Part shown: piece after piece, positions 25,976 to 38,833 of the stretch
How positions within the stretch are numbered: position 1 is the stretch's first letter
Layout of the letters: each line of letters begins with the position of its first letter
The notes under the pieces: generated by a model
What the model was told of the DNA's origin: nothing
Databases searched by the model: none
What the model saw: only the letters and a program-made list of their open reading frames with translations
Assembly (NCBI RefSeq): GCF_009834535.1
Contig: NC_045696.1
Span: 110,610,001-110,674,000, forward strand
Origin: Camelus ferus
Taxonomy: Eukaryota
DNA length: 64,000 nt
Reading direction: 5' to 3'
Position numbers and translations under genes: made by a program

Positions 25976-25994
25976 TCTCCACTAGATGGCGGCA
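25976..25994 (+). promoter_or_regulatory. Candidate CTCF site
   Basis: TCTCCACTAGATGGCGGCA matches the CTCF core CCACYAGRKGGCR. Confidence 0.5.
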
Positions 25995-26343
25995 GGATAG
26001 GAAAAATTACTCAATTTTGATACCAGAAAGCAATTTTGATTTACCGAGGGAAAGAAGCTAAAAAGAACACTTAAAACAGAGCTTCTGGGTTTAAAGAATG
26101 GTTAAAATAGAAGGCAGCTATATGTAAGTGGTAATTCAAAACACCACAAAAAATCCTCACGTATTATTAAATACAGTAAGAATGCTGTTATCAAATGGAT
26201 CAAATATTAGATAGCAAAAAGCTAGTAGCTTGATGATCACCAAATGGAGAAATAATGGGTTTCTGTTTCGCCGACACTAACTTCTATTTCCGGAGATTCT
26301 ATTACTGGAAGTTATCCAAGAACTTTATAAAACAATAACATAC

Positions 26344-26457
26344 TTTTTTAATCATGTTTTCTTGTTGGGATTCAAGAAATTCAAGCAGTTCTGCTCTTGT
26401 AGAATTATTCCATATCAAATAAGGGCTCTCTGTGTTGCTGTTAAGCATCTTCAAAAT
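26344..26457 (-). CDS. DNAJC13: DNAJC13 exon 42: [20 protein letters not shown]...[11 protein letters not shown] repeat 3
   Basis: TAG/GTATGT; 114 nt. Confidence 0.96.
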
Positions 26458-26514
26458 CTAGGAGGCAGAATATTACTGTTTTATAAACTCAGAAGAAACA
26501 CTGAAGTTATTTAG

Positions 26515-26745
26515 CATATATTAAAATTGCCCATTACATGCCAAGCACTGTAACAGATATTTTAAGTATAAAACATCTCAATAATTCTAACAAGTGTGTT
26601 AACAATATCCATTTTGCAGCTGAGAAAAACCAAGACTGAGAAAGATCAAATTATTTGTCCCAGGTCTCATTATCTTAAAGTGGTGAAATTAGGATTCAAA
26701 TTTGAGTCTGTTTGACTTCACAGTCTTAACATTTACTCTGCTATG
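26515..26745 (-). mobile_element. MIR SINE
   Basis: atgccaagcactg...tccattttgcagctgagaaaaaccaagactgagaaagatcaaattatttgtcccaggtc...aggattcaaa. Confidence 0.7.
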
Positions 26746-27888
26746 GTGAAAATTACCCAAGATATTTCGTGTTAAAGCATTTTATAAACATGGCAATTTA
26801 AAGTAAACATTTTATTAAGTCCAGATGGAGTTCAGGACAGGATTTTGAAGTGTTAATTTTTTCCCCTTCTCTATAGTAGGTAATCAACAACTTGTTCGTA
26901 TTTCTGGAAAGAATGTTTTCAGTCAGCAAAGTATATAACACTGGTGAACACAAAGTCCAGAAAAAGAATCAAGATCAAGATTGGCATCTAAAGCTCTTCC
27001 CTCTTACTCAGGGGCTCTGAAAAGCAACAATCTGCACAAAAAAACAGACTCAATCAGATTGCATTTAAAAAAAAAAAAGGCTGTTTAAAAATCCCAGAAA
27101 TACTCTACACATTTGGAACCCTGAGGACTTTTTTTCTTATAAAAGTATTAGATGATCATTAGAGAAAACATAACAAAATTAAAATAGCCTGCAATTCTGC
27201 CATTCTGGGAGGGATAACTACTTAACATATGGATACAGATCCATCCATTCATTTTTTTAATGCCAAAAATGGAACTTATGCTTTTCACTTAAAATACTTT
27301 AAACATCTTTTAATGTCTTTACACATACCTATACAATTTAACTTTTCATAGTACTCTATTTAGTGGATTTCTATAGGTCAATACTCTAATGTTACATTCT
27401 TAGATTGTTTCGCAATGATGCTTACAGAAGAGGTTGGGAGATCTACCATGGTCATATTTATTTTTGTCATATATGCGCGCATGCATGTGTGTATGCATTT
27501 ACTTTTAGGATCTCAATGCTGAGTCCAAAGAAGTTATAGTTTATTTAAAAAACAGGTAAAAATATACTCTGGGTCTCCTGACTCCCAGCCCTCTCTCCAA
27601 GTTCGCTCTCTTGTCCTAGCCCTTTATGACTCAAGTTTATCAAGAATTAGGGTGAGCTCCACAGTGGAGAAACATGAAATTAATTTACCCTTACAGACAG
27701 AATAGACTTACAGAGCTGATATCATCAGCACCAATCCACAATAAGCCGAATTTCTTGGTTCAGAGAACAAGCATGTGAGCATTTTCAATTCTTAGGTTTC
27801 CTAGAGCAATCAACATTGCTATGTTCCTCTAATATGTAAGGGATCTTGCAATATTCATCAAAACCCAGGCTCCCTCTGAAGCACATAC

Positions 27889-28056
27889 CTCAGTAGCACT
27901 GACCACAGCAAGTTTCCTGGCAACATAGGGGGTCAGCATGCCAGCTAAACTTTTCCTTATGGTGGGGTTTTCTGGGGTTGCCTGTTCTTCAGGCAGATAC
28001 CCTCCAAGGCGACTTAGAGCACGGACACTCAGTTTGGCAAGGCTGTTGGCTACTTC
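27889..28056 (-). CDS. DNAJC13: DNAJC13 exon 41: [10 protein letters not shown]...VVSATE
   Basis: CAG/GTATGT; 168 nt. Confidence 0.96.
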
Positions 28057-28649
28057 CTGTTACAAAATAAGACATTAAAGTAGAATCCGTTATCTTATAC
28101 AGAACCGAACCTGTACGAAACATTATTAAGGAGCAGAAAGTAAAAATAAACAAAAAAGGCACTGGAGCTCCCAACACTGATGGCAGAGAGTTTATGCTTG
28201 GGAGCTTATTCTTTTATTTATACGAAAGACCATCAGAATCTATGTACTCATTTATACCCAATGCAGGGTCCTGTAGATAATCGGATAGACAAAAAATATC
28301 TGTGAAAATCAGACAAGCTCTCAAGTGCTTGGGGGAGCTAGCCCCACTAGTCCAATAGCATTGTTACATTTCCCTGTGGTACACAACAATAACTTTGCAG
28401 TCATAAAGGTGACTGAGTAACCAGCAAAAAATTAATTTTTAACCAATATATGCTATCACAAATTCCCTTGCCTTGAATCCTTCTGGAACAAATGGCTAAG
28501 ATAAAAAGTTTGAGGACTTAAAAACAGCAATAAATTTGGTTATCTTCAAAAACAGTGTATGCCTTGGGGGCCCTGGATAGTTGGGGCTTTGCTTTGTATT
28601 AACCTATGGTTTGGGTTCAAATTCAATGTTAAAGCAGTGTTCAAGTTAC

Positions 28650-28829
28650 CTGCTGGTTTGTTTCTTCGCTTTTCTGAATGCCACTCTCTTCTAGTGTGTA
28701 GTCATAATTAAACAGATAACCAAGCAGATGCCACAAAACTCCAGCCTGCAATAGGTGTGTCTGCAGCCAGAAATCCACAGCAAAAGAACTGACACATTCT
28801 ACCCCAAGAGCGGCCACCCGTGGAATACT
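28650..28829 (-). CDS. DNAJC13: DNAJC13 exon 40: [10 protein letters not shown]...[10 protein letters not shown]
   Basis: CAG/GTAACT; 180 nt. Confidence 0.96.
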
Positions 28830-29802
28830 CTGAGGATAAGAATAATGGAATTAATTACAGGGTTAAAGAAAAGCTCCCAAGAGAAACTGGCTGTGAATGT
28901 ATGTCAAGCTTGCTGTCTTACTGTATGTTTACCTCCTCTTATATTTTCAATTCCAGTTTAAATCTGAATCCTATGTCCATTAAAGCCTAAATTTAACAGT
29001 AATCCTGTGACAAGACACAGAATTACTATCTTTGAAGCTAGTGTTCAAAGATTTGAGAATATAGTTTTGTTTCACTTCTTACATTTTTGATTTTTAAAAA
29101 TACTAATAAGGCTTTAATAGCAACTCACATGCTAGTGATCTTAGAAGTGTATCAATGATATCTTTAGCACAGGTGTACAGGTTTACTTCTTTATATTAGA
29201 GTCTATTCTTATTAAACACTTCTAAGGACCTCCAGTAAATAAAACTGAGAACATATTTTCATTAGATTCCTTACTCTGAGATAACTTAGCCCAGGATCAG
29301 CACCCCAACCCTGTTCTACTCCAACACAACCCTCACTCTGCCTAGTTATCTGAGAAAGCCCCTTCCCAGCCACCTGTCACATCTCCCACAGTCAACCTCC
29401 CTCAGCACTCTCAGATTGGAAGGAAACGGCCAGCTCTGGGATCCCTACAGCCTTTCCACCAGGCAGTGACCTGCCTCTTAAGCTTCAGGTTTAACGTGGT
29501 CCTTCACTGTCGTTAGACTGATGGAGTCTAGACGTCTTTCTCTGCTTCCCTGCCTCTCCTTCAATGTTCAGAGAAGACCGGCTTCCCTCTGTGTCACTCT
29601 AGTCTTACTCTTTGTGGACCAGTCCAGGAGCAAAAGCCTATATTTACAGCAAGTCTTCTGTTAGAAGATGCTTTTAGAGGTTTATATAATTTACTTAAAC
29701 ATAATTTTAGGAAAACAGCTTGTTTATAAATTGGGGACTGGCTACCTGACAAGGAAAACCCATTGCTGACTGAATCCAGAAAGCCACAAAGGTGACCTCT
29801 AC

Positions 29803-29922
29803 CTTGCCAAAATAGAGCACCCGACAAAGGTCCCTGATGATGCCAGGCATTTCTGTGATCTTCTCTCGGCATTCTTCAAACTGAGCAGCCACACTATAGC
29901 ATTTGCTTATGTGCCCACACAC
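29803..29922 (-). CDS. DNAJC13: DNAJC13 exon 39: [10 protein letters not shown]...LCRVLYFGK
   Basis: CAG/GTAGAG; 120 nt. Confidence 0.96.
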
Positions 29923-30109
29923 CTGCAGACAACACAACAGAGGAAAAAAAAAAAAAGAGTCACACATGCATTCCTTATTTAAGATAGTGGAAATCGTATC
30001 AGCAGAGACTCATGAATAACGCTTATGGTACATACATACGATGCTTCAAAATTTAACAGAACATTGCTATTGCATTATTAGCATTTCTAGTTTAGATTTC
30101 CTACGGGTG

Positions 30110-30317
30110 CAGGGTTGGCAAAGCATGGCCACTAGGACCCACAGGCCAAATCAACCATGACCTATTTTTGTATGGCCACAAAACTAAGAATGGTTTTTAC
30201 ATTTTTAAAGAATTGTAAAAATGAAAAATAAAAAAATATGCAACAGAGACTGTATGTAACCTGAAAGCCTCAAATATTTACTCTCCAGTCCATACTGATA
30301 ATGTCTGCCACCATCTG
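30110..30317. mobile_element. MER58-type (MER58C-like) hAT-Charlie MITE
   Basis: cagggttggcaaa...ctaagaatggtttttacatttttaaag...aaatatttact...tctgccaccatctg. Confidence 0.75.
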
Positions 30318-30399
30318 AATTAATGTATTTTTGTCCAGAATTCTATTCATGTACTACAAAATAGAGGATGAAACGCAAAAGCCTGTACTCAACAGTCTT

Positions 30400-30488
30400 T
30401 TTTTTTTTTTAAAGACTTTTACTGAGTTATAGTCATTTTACAATGCTATGTCCAATTCCAGTGTAGAGCACATTTCAGTTATACATGA
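30400..30488 (-). mobile_element. Severely 5'-truncated young L1 3' end with poly(A) and TSD
   Basis: Reverse complement matches the end of the L1 at 57430-57500; TSD tcaacagtctt (30389-30399) / tcaactgtctt (30489-30499). Confidence 0.8.
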
Positions 30489-30800
30489 TCAACTGTCTTA
30501 TATTCTAAATTTTGCTGGCATAAACAAAAGGCCACATAAAGAGATGAATTCTACAATGATCTTAATGAATTCCTGACGGATCTTCTATCAAAGAATTTAG
30601 CAGAAAATAAGCCACTGTAATTATTAGGGACAGGAGAGGGAGGCAGAGAAGGAAATTATGGAAGGGGATAGAAGATAAATGAAACAAGAATGGCAAAATG
30701 ACAACTGTTTGAAACTTGGCAACAGGGACAAGGGATCATTGTACCATTCTCTACTCTAAGAAAAGAAAAATTAAGCCATCAGATCACATATGATTTAGTG

Positions 30801-30998
30801 CAGTGGTTCTTAGAATGTGATACACAGACCAACAGCATCAGAATCACCTGGAAACTTGTTAGAAAAGCACATTCTCAGGCTCCTGCTCCAGACCTACTGA
30901 CTCAGAAGCTGTGGGAGAGGGAGAGGAGGCAGAGCTGAGCAACCCAGGTTTTAATGAGCCCTCCGAGACTCTCACAGATGCTGGAGTCTGAGCCCCTG
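30801..30998. mobile_element. MER5A-like hAT-Charlie MITE
   Basis: cagtggttct...cagcatcagaatcacctggaaacttgttagaaa...ccagacctactgactcagaa...gagcccctg. Confidence 0.8.
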
Positions 30999-31036
30999 GT
31001 CTGCTGTAACTTCTTGGAACCTTGTTTTAGCCTCAC

Positions 31037-31111
31037 CTGTACTGACATGTCACTTGGTTTACTGGAACGATTCAAGACAGCCACGCAGCGACTAAATGCC
31101 TCTTGTAGGAC
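31037..31111 (-). CDS. DNAJC13: DNAJC13 exon 38: [25 protein letters not shown]
   Basis: CAG/GTGAGG; 75 nt. Confidence 0.96.
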
Positions 31112-31556
31112 CTGCAGAGACAGAATTCAGTCATTAACTCTCCATTTTGACATGATGTCTGAAAAGTCTTTTCTGATAGGAATAAAACATTAATAACCTT
31201 CTAATGTTAGAAATTTGGTAAATAAATGTTTGCTGAACTAACATTTGTTAAATAAACAAGTAAACAAAGGAATCCTAGAAGTTTCTTTTTAAGCATTCCC
31301 ACTGAGCTAGTTTGTAAGTAACATTAAAGTTCACCAATCTTGAATCCAGTACTCTCTAATTCATATTATGAAATAAAGCTCCATTTCTACCTTTAATTCT
31401 CATATTAGAATATAGAGAATATACATTGTCATCTGTTGGAATAAATTCAAGAAACTGAATCAACTATATTTGTACTTGGTGAATTTTCTATTGCCAAGAG
31501 TCATACAATGGGCCCAACCTAGCTTGAAGACAAGCACAAAGGTCATTCCACATCAC

Positions 31557-31741
31557 CTCAATTCCATTCTCCCTCCTGAGCTCTTCAGCATTGAGGGCTG
31601 AGCAGTTAACAGTATGGAAAGCCAGCTCTGCAGCAGCAGGCAACAACGGTGATTCTTTAGAGAACAGGAGGTCATCTGAAGTTTCCATCGTTATAGTCCG
31701 AATTAGCATGGGGTATCCGGCATATTTATAAGGCTGTAAAT
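31557..31741 (-). CDS. DNAJC13: DNAJC13 exon 37: (D)[10 protein letters not shown]...RRENGIE
   Basis: CAG/GTGATG; 185 nt. Confidence 0.95.
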
Positions 31742-33778
31742 CTGAAATGATGATGATCATAAGTTAATTTTGACACTATGTTCAATTACATTGCCAAAAA
31801 AAAAAAAGATTAAAATAATCAACATCTTAAATGTCTCCTAATTCAATTTATAAAACAAAATTAAACCAAGTACAAATCCCTTGGATCTCTTCTTTTCTAG
31901 CAAATTTGTTTGGTTGACTTTTCTATTAATGTTTCTACTAGAAAAAGAGTATTTTCTAGTAGATTAACTGAACTTGGTGTATAGTGATTTTGATCCCTTT
32001 CAGAATATCTACTTTCTATGTTGTCCCCGTGATCTTTGTAATTTTTCACCTGATCATAGACAGCAAGACATAGACAATGCACCAGAGGTTGTTCTTATCT
32101 CTTATAAAGACATAATGAGAGACATCTGATTTAAATGACAGTGAATATTTTATATTCTGCTTTCTGAATAACAAGCACACTTTTCTATTTCACTAGTTAC
32201 CGTAAAATAAACACTTGAAAATAATGAATATAATTTGTTACTAGAGATACAAGGTAGAGATAGTTAATTTATTAGCTATACTTGGTTGAGTCCATGTTTT
32301 GATAAGCAAATTTAAAAGGAAAAGCTGAAATGTGGAAGTGCTCAATTCCTCTCTTCCTTTCATCCTATTTTTTTTTAAACTAATTTATCAGGCAAGAATA
32401 TGCAAATTAATTGGCTTTGACTTCCTAAGTACCTCTGTCATCCTACTTGACATCAGCATAAAGCTTTTTCCCTTTTGAGAATGACCAGTAATCTGCCTTA
32501 AATTGACTCATTTCTAAGATGGCTTAAAAACCCCCTTGGAACTGATCCTAGCAGTCCTAACACATACATATACGTATGTGGTAAGAAAGCAGAATGAATT
32601 AATCTTAAGTCCTATCTGATCAGGATCCTCAGCCCAAAACTTATTGGACATAAACTCCTTTTGGGAAGAGTGGAAGACAGCCTGAAAAAACATTCTCACC
32701 CTGATAACAACCCAATGGAGAGCCACAACTGCACCCTGTGGCTACTACAGTTACTGCCATTAAAAAATAACCAGTGGTTTGAAAAGACTTCTTTAAACCC
32801 ATTCTGACTAGTGATAAATGCCATGTAACTAATGCTTTCTGTTGAATTCATATGCAAAAGTGAATCAGTTAATCACTGTTCTCTAATGACCAAACTGCTA
32901 GAGCCCCATGCTGTCCCCTCCAATACTTAGACTGCAACTCCTCTTGTCTCCAGTTACCCAACAGTCCTCCTGCTTATCTCAAATCCCCATTGCTTTCTCC
33001 CATCATCCTACAGAGCAAATTGGTCTCCCACTTTGTGCTGTAAGTCAAGTTTAGTTCCCAAACCAAAGGACACCTGCCACACTGACCCTAACTCCCTACC
33101 CCCAACCAAGTCTTAACATTTTTCAATGTGTCCCTAGCTTTCTGGCTGCTACTATTAGGTCTACCACAAATGGCCCTAAAAGCGAGCTGGAAATTCCCAA
33201 CAACCCTGCACCCTGAAATCACACCTATTTTGTCTGTAACAGTTTTCCCAACTGTCCTAACAGGAACAGAGGATTCTGAGAGCCACCACAGGAAATGAAG
33301 TGTGGGGGGATATTTGTAATTATGGCAAAAGTTTCTGTTGCTTTTTAAAAAACAACACTCTTGGTGTTTTCTACCTTTAGAGTTTTTGGATAGCTACAGT
33401 CTTCTATATGTGATTTAATAACATTTAATGAACCTTAAATTCCAGATCCGTTTTAGATCTTATTTAATATGTTTCCTGCTAAATGGCTAAACAAGAAGCT
33501 AACCAAGTACCTCCAGAGATCAGAAATGTCCTTCAGGAAGGAACAATGAAATCCTGTTACAAATGTAAAATATTGAAAAACATAGGTAAGAAGTGAAAGG
33601 TATAAAATAAACATTTTGGACCTTCTTATAGAGAACTACTCTTCTACTGTATCAAAATCCAATTCTAAGGAGTCTTTTGCAATAATAGTAAGAAATCTAT
33701 TAAAATAGGCCACAGAAGCAAAGAACATGGCAGAAGTAACTACAGGGTAAATTAAAATTTGAGAATAACATGTCTTAC

Positions 33779-33914
33779 CTTCTTTATGACGGTTAAAGAG
33801 GATGCTCTGTGTTTTCAGAATTAAAATTATATTCTCTGGATCTGGTCCATCTGTTATTTTTGCTGATTTGGTACATAAAAATTCATAGGCTTTATTTACC
33901 TTTTCAAACATATC
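33779..33914 (-). CDS. DNAJC13: DNAJC13 exon 36: [13 protein letters not shown]...NRHKE(D); J-domain end
   Basis: CAG/GTAAGA; 136 nt. Confidence 0.96.
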
Positions 33915-34199
33915 CTGTATGTAACCAAAGACAATTTTTAATTTAGAACATCTCAAATCACAGCTTAAACAGAACACAGCTGGTTTGTATTCTACCAGTA
34001 ACTTTAGTTATTATTTTGTTTTTTTACATTAAGGAATTCATTCCTACTGTAATCTAGGTGGCAAACGATTTTTTTTTTCCAAATAGCTATTCAATGATCT
34101 CAGTACCATTTACTGAAAATTTTTCTTCACTGATTTATACCATACTTATGTTAAACTCATTAACACTAGAGACAGTTTCTGAGTTGTTATAAAAATAGT

Positions 34200-34428
34200 T
34201 GTAAGAGCTATTGTTTACTGAGTACTAAGGCAGGCACTGTGTTACATGCTTTACATACATTATCTCACTAAATCCTCAAGACAGCCATGTGAGGCATGTA
34301 TCATTATTATCTTCATTTTTTAGATAATGTTAAGTAACTTGCCTACGGTCAGAAAGTCCACTGCTGACAGAGCTAGTAAGACTCACACCCAGGTCTGACT
34401 CCTAAATCCATGCTCTTAAACTGCTACA
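34200..34428 (-). mobile_element. MIR SINE
   Basis: tttactgagtac...aggcactgtgttacatgctttacatacattatctcactaaatcctca...ttaagtaacttgcc...cccaggtctgactcc. Confidence 0.8.
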
Positions 34429-35031
34429 TTATGTTCCTTAATCTACATGTTAACCCTTGTACCAGTATAATACTGTTTTACTATTACAGTTTTGTAGAGT
34501 ATTTTAATATCTGGTAGGTTAATTCTAGCAGTTAATACTGATTTCAAGGTTTCTTCCTATCCTGATTTTTATTTTATTTCCCAGATGAATCTGAATTGCT
34601 ATAAATTTCTCAAAAATATTCCAGGCTTTTGACTAAAAATGCCTTACACATATAAAAGTGGCATCTTTCCAATGCTGTTCCTATTCAGGAATATTGCCTA
34701 TCTCTAATAAAAAAAACGCTGACCCTGAAATCAGTGGAAATAACTCCAAGTTGCTAGCAACAGACAATCAGTCCTAGTTGTAATGGTTCTTATGTGACTT
34801 CATCTGTTATGAATCTCAGGTAGTACTGTAGTAGGAAGCTGGGAGAGGCAAGATCATGGAATGCCGGCAGCAGACGACTTTAAAAGTCTGAATCAAAATT
34901 TATACTTTTTCTGGACACGTATTACGAAGCAGACACTGACACACAGGACGAGTAGATCTTTCCTCTCCCTAAAATGGTAATAAAGCAAAAGGAAGTCAAC
35001 CCAAAGCCCTAATTCCAAAGGCAGGACATAC

Positions 35032-35110
35032 CCTCCCTTCTGGATTCTTATCAGGGTGGTACTTCTGTGCAAGTCTGAAGTAAGCTTTTCTAATCTTGCT
35101 CTCATCATGC
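35032..35110 (-). CDS. DNAJC13: DNAJC13 exon 35: (P)[27 protein letters not shown]-domain HPD motif at 35050-35058
   Basis: CAG/GTATGT; 79 nt; intact HPD. Confidence 0.97.
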
Positions 35111-35670
35111 CTGTTAAATAGGAAAATTTGTTTTATGAATACAGTAAGGTGCAAGAAAAATATTTACACGATCATCTGAAGTAATATTTTAAGAATATTG
35201 TATTGTGTATGACCATTTACTAGGCATCAAATTAAACCCAGTAAAATTTAAGTAAGATTATTCTTATGTGTTATCTTTACAGTGTGAAAGATAAAACCTA
35301 AATATTCCCTAGGCAAGGTTATCATTCACTTCAAATTACAAAACCCTATTTGGGGTTTGAAGAACTAAAAAAAAAATTTCTAAACTTTTAAAAATGTTAC
35401 TTCAAGCTCTATAATTCTAAGTTATTTGAACTATCCGCCTTGCCAAAAATTACAAATTCAGTCTATGTATAAGAAAATGTCTTTTAAACTATTTTTCTCT
35501 AACACGCCTATTCTACTATAAAACTGCACTGATCAAGAAATACAGTAAATCTGCATTCTTTCCTGTACACCTGTCATTTAGGATTCTAGACATACTGCTA
35601 GCATGTCTCTTCCTCACGCATAACACAAACTGCGAGAAAAAGAGGTAAGGCGATACTGAAAACGACTCAC

Positions 35671-35786
35671 GGCCCCTGTCCTTGAGGGAGGTTCAGCACT
35701 TCATAAGCATCATCTATTGACATTGTGGGCGGCTTCTTCTCTACTTCCTTCTTCCAGGCATCAAGGGTATCTTTTAGAAGCTTAAC
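35671..35786 (-). CDS. DNAJC13: DNAJC13 exon 34: [10 protein letters not shown]...[13 protein letters not shown](P); J-domain start
   Basis: AAG/GTGAGT; 116 nt. Confidence 0.96.
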
Positions 35787-37181
35787 CTTAAAAGACAAGA
35801 TTAAAACTTACGTCTATCAAACTTTTTCAAAATATAATTTTTAAGTTACAGAACTGTTGTGCCGTATTTTTTTAAACTGACATTCTAGGCTATTCAATTA
35901 ACAGCTTTCTGAAATACAAGTAACCAAAATCACCTTCTTAGCCCTGCTGAAATGTCAGGTAGCAAGGTTATCTGTTATGGGGCTATATTCCCCTACTTTT
36001 AAGTGATATTTTAATTCTCTGTCAATTTTTGTCTCTACTCTTAACTGTTAAAGAAACGTTCAGAAAGTATGGAAAACTCTGGAATTAGTAGATGATACAC
36101 TGCAGTAAGAAAGCAAGCAGGTGATCTAACATCATTACCGCTATGCTGGCATTCAAACAAATGTAAGGACAGTGAACACAAGAGAGTCTGGGTAGTGCGT
36201 GGGGAGAGAGCTAAGGTTCACTGCACGCCTGTATGCCAAGGAGCTGGATGCTTCACAGACTGCAGCAGGTTTAATTCTTGTATAAAATCTCAAAATACAT
36301 GGAAACACTGAGATTCTGAGAGACAGCTGCAGGTTTCACAGTTAATAAGTGATGGTGCTGGATTCAAACCTAGGTCTGACTAAGAAGCCCATGCCTTTTC
36401 TAGGATCTCATGTTGAATCCAGAACCTGCCTTCATTTGGTCACAGCTTGGTGGTACAAATGGCAACTGCTCTGAAATGTTTTGATGGTAAGGATAACGGT
36501 ATAATCTCTGCTACAGTAACAGACCAACATGGGCACCCACGCCTACTTCATTCCAGGCTTCCAGGAGATACCCAGGGGGGAACCCAAACTGGAGGGTTCC
36601 CAAGGCCACTGTGGAAGGGCAGAGAGTAGCTACTACTATACAAATGAGCAAGTCACACTCCAGTGTGTGCCAGGAATTATGCTGTTTTCATGTGAATTCT
36701 CACTGAATCTTCCCAAACCACCACATGGAATAGCTGCTATTAGTAGTAGCAGTCTGATGACCATAACTGAGGCTCAGAGAAGACCAGCAGTGTATTACTG
36801 AATGTTACACAGAGCCATTAATGGCCACATGGAGACTCAGGCCCAGACTGCCCAACCCCAGCATCTGTCAGCTTAATCAATCTGCTAAAAAGACAAGCTC
36901 CCACCAAGCTATTATGGTATGTGTTATATACACGAAATTCAGTTTGTTTCACTTTTGTCACAAAAGATCAAGATCGTAAAGTCTTATGTTCCCTGAAAAA
37001 ACTGTCTTTCAGTTTGGGATTTACCCAAATATTCTCAACGACACTCAGGGCTACACAGTGCTGAAGTAAGAAGGAACACTAATGAAAGCTATCATCCTCA
37101 TCACAGAAAGAAGAAATCCTCAGAAGCGATCAGAGGCTATTTTTACAGGTTAAGGAGGCACAAATGAATCTGCTGATTTAC

Positions 37182-37383
37182 CGGGTCTTTAATTGGCCAA
37201 TCTGGAAACCGGAGTGTATCACAAAGTTGCTTGAGGTAATAAATATTACAAAATAGTTCATTTTCCAGTTGTGGATAGTTGATAACTGGGATGGGACAAT
37301 ACTGATAAAGTGCTCTTGTGTTACTCTGAAGACGAGGTGTGAAATCGGCAAGATGGGCAGCAATCTTCTCTATCATGAGGCGC
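37182..37383 (-). CDS. DNAJC13: DNAJC13 exon 33: (R)[10 protein letters not shown]...DWPIKDP
   Basis: TAG/GTAAAT; 202 nt. Confidence 0.96.
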
Positions 37384-38678
37384 CTACAATTAGAAAAATC
37401 TCCAAGCATTATGAAGGGATTATTTTAAAGAAAAGTTAAGAAAGGTAATCATGCAAGGTAATTACATAGATCTTCTTTAGAGTAACTCAGTTACTGGCCT
37501 AAAATGAGAGCTTGTAAGAATGTTACTCAGGGTATTCTAAACTTGTTGCATAAAAACACCCAATGGATAAAAACTCATTTGTAATATTATTTATAAAGAA
37601 GACCATAGAGAAAAAGGCCGATATTACCAGCTCTTCCTACTAAAAATTCACTCAGTAGGAGGTCAAATGGTATGGTGCATGGATGAGGGCAACAGCCAAG
37701 GACTTAGCTATCAAGCCAGTTATCACACCAAAGAAGTTCACTGCATGGTCTTCATTTTAGTTAATTTACCACAGTCTAGGGTCTAGGGTCTGGCCCTCAG
37801 CTAAGCAGAAACGATTTGCTCAGGATACAGATAGCTACATCTTTTAGACAGGGGGATTCATATTAATCAATCTCAGGAGAAAGATATTATACAGAGTAAC
37901 TGTTATAAACTTACTCACATTCCTATACACTTGTTCCCAATGAAAAATATGACTGCCATACAGAATATATTCAAATTGGTGGCCGGCACATGCCAGCCTG
38001 TAAGAGAAGCCAAATGATAACCAGTAGGTGGCATCGTGTGAAGTCAGTCAAAGGAGAACGAGTAACTGACTCAGAAGATCGACTGTCATCCAGTTAAGAG
38101 GACTGCGGCGTTCTCCACAAAGAAGTAGACAAGATCTGGAACTATGAAGTGCCAAGTCTTTTCTGGACAGAACCTACTTGGACACTGACATCTGCTTCAG
38201 GGCCTCTCCTTTTTCTTGGTGGAAACAGACTTTTCCTAAGGGATTCTCCTAGGATTAAGGTCAAAATGTGCTGGCCTCATTCTAAGATGATTTTTGGGAT
38301 TTCTAGTCTGATCCATTCCATATGGGCATCGTTTTTAGTTAGTGGGGTACAGTTCTATTTCCAAATACCCAGAGAGAGTGTCTTGATTTTATCCACATGT
38401 TGCATACATACCTAATAATCCATTGCCTAAAAGAACCAGTGGTAATAGGCTCTACCCTTATGTATAAAGCTGTATTAAAGTGACAGTAATTTTGTCAAAC
38501 TGTGTTAGAACAGAGAAAAAGCTTAAGGCCTTGTCAATACTCGTTCCTTGATTTGGCACCAATGACCACTGTGGCTTTAGATTATGCAACTAGTGAAAGT
38601 AGTTCATTTAACAGAATTCCAATGAGATGGTAGGAAGTAAAGATTCTGGCTATAAAATACAATCAACTGGCTATTTAC

Positions 38679-38833
38679 CTCATTTCACTGCTCCAGATTG
38701 CTTCTGGAGTATCAAATTCTCCTAGAAAAATCTCAGAAAACTTCTCCGGCTCGTAATTTTCTAAGTAACAAACCATTGCTTCTGGTAGAATGTGCCCAAG
38801 TATACTTCTCTGAAAAATATCTTGTCCTTTTGT
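38679..38833 (-). CDS. DNAJC13: DNAJC13 exon 32: [10 protein letters not shown]...EAIWSSEM(R); IWN repeat 2
   Basis: AAG/GTAAAT; 155 nt. Confidence 0.96.
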
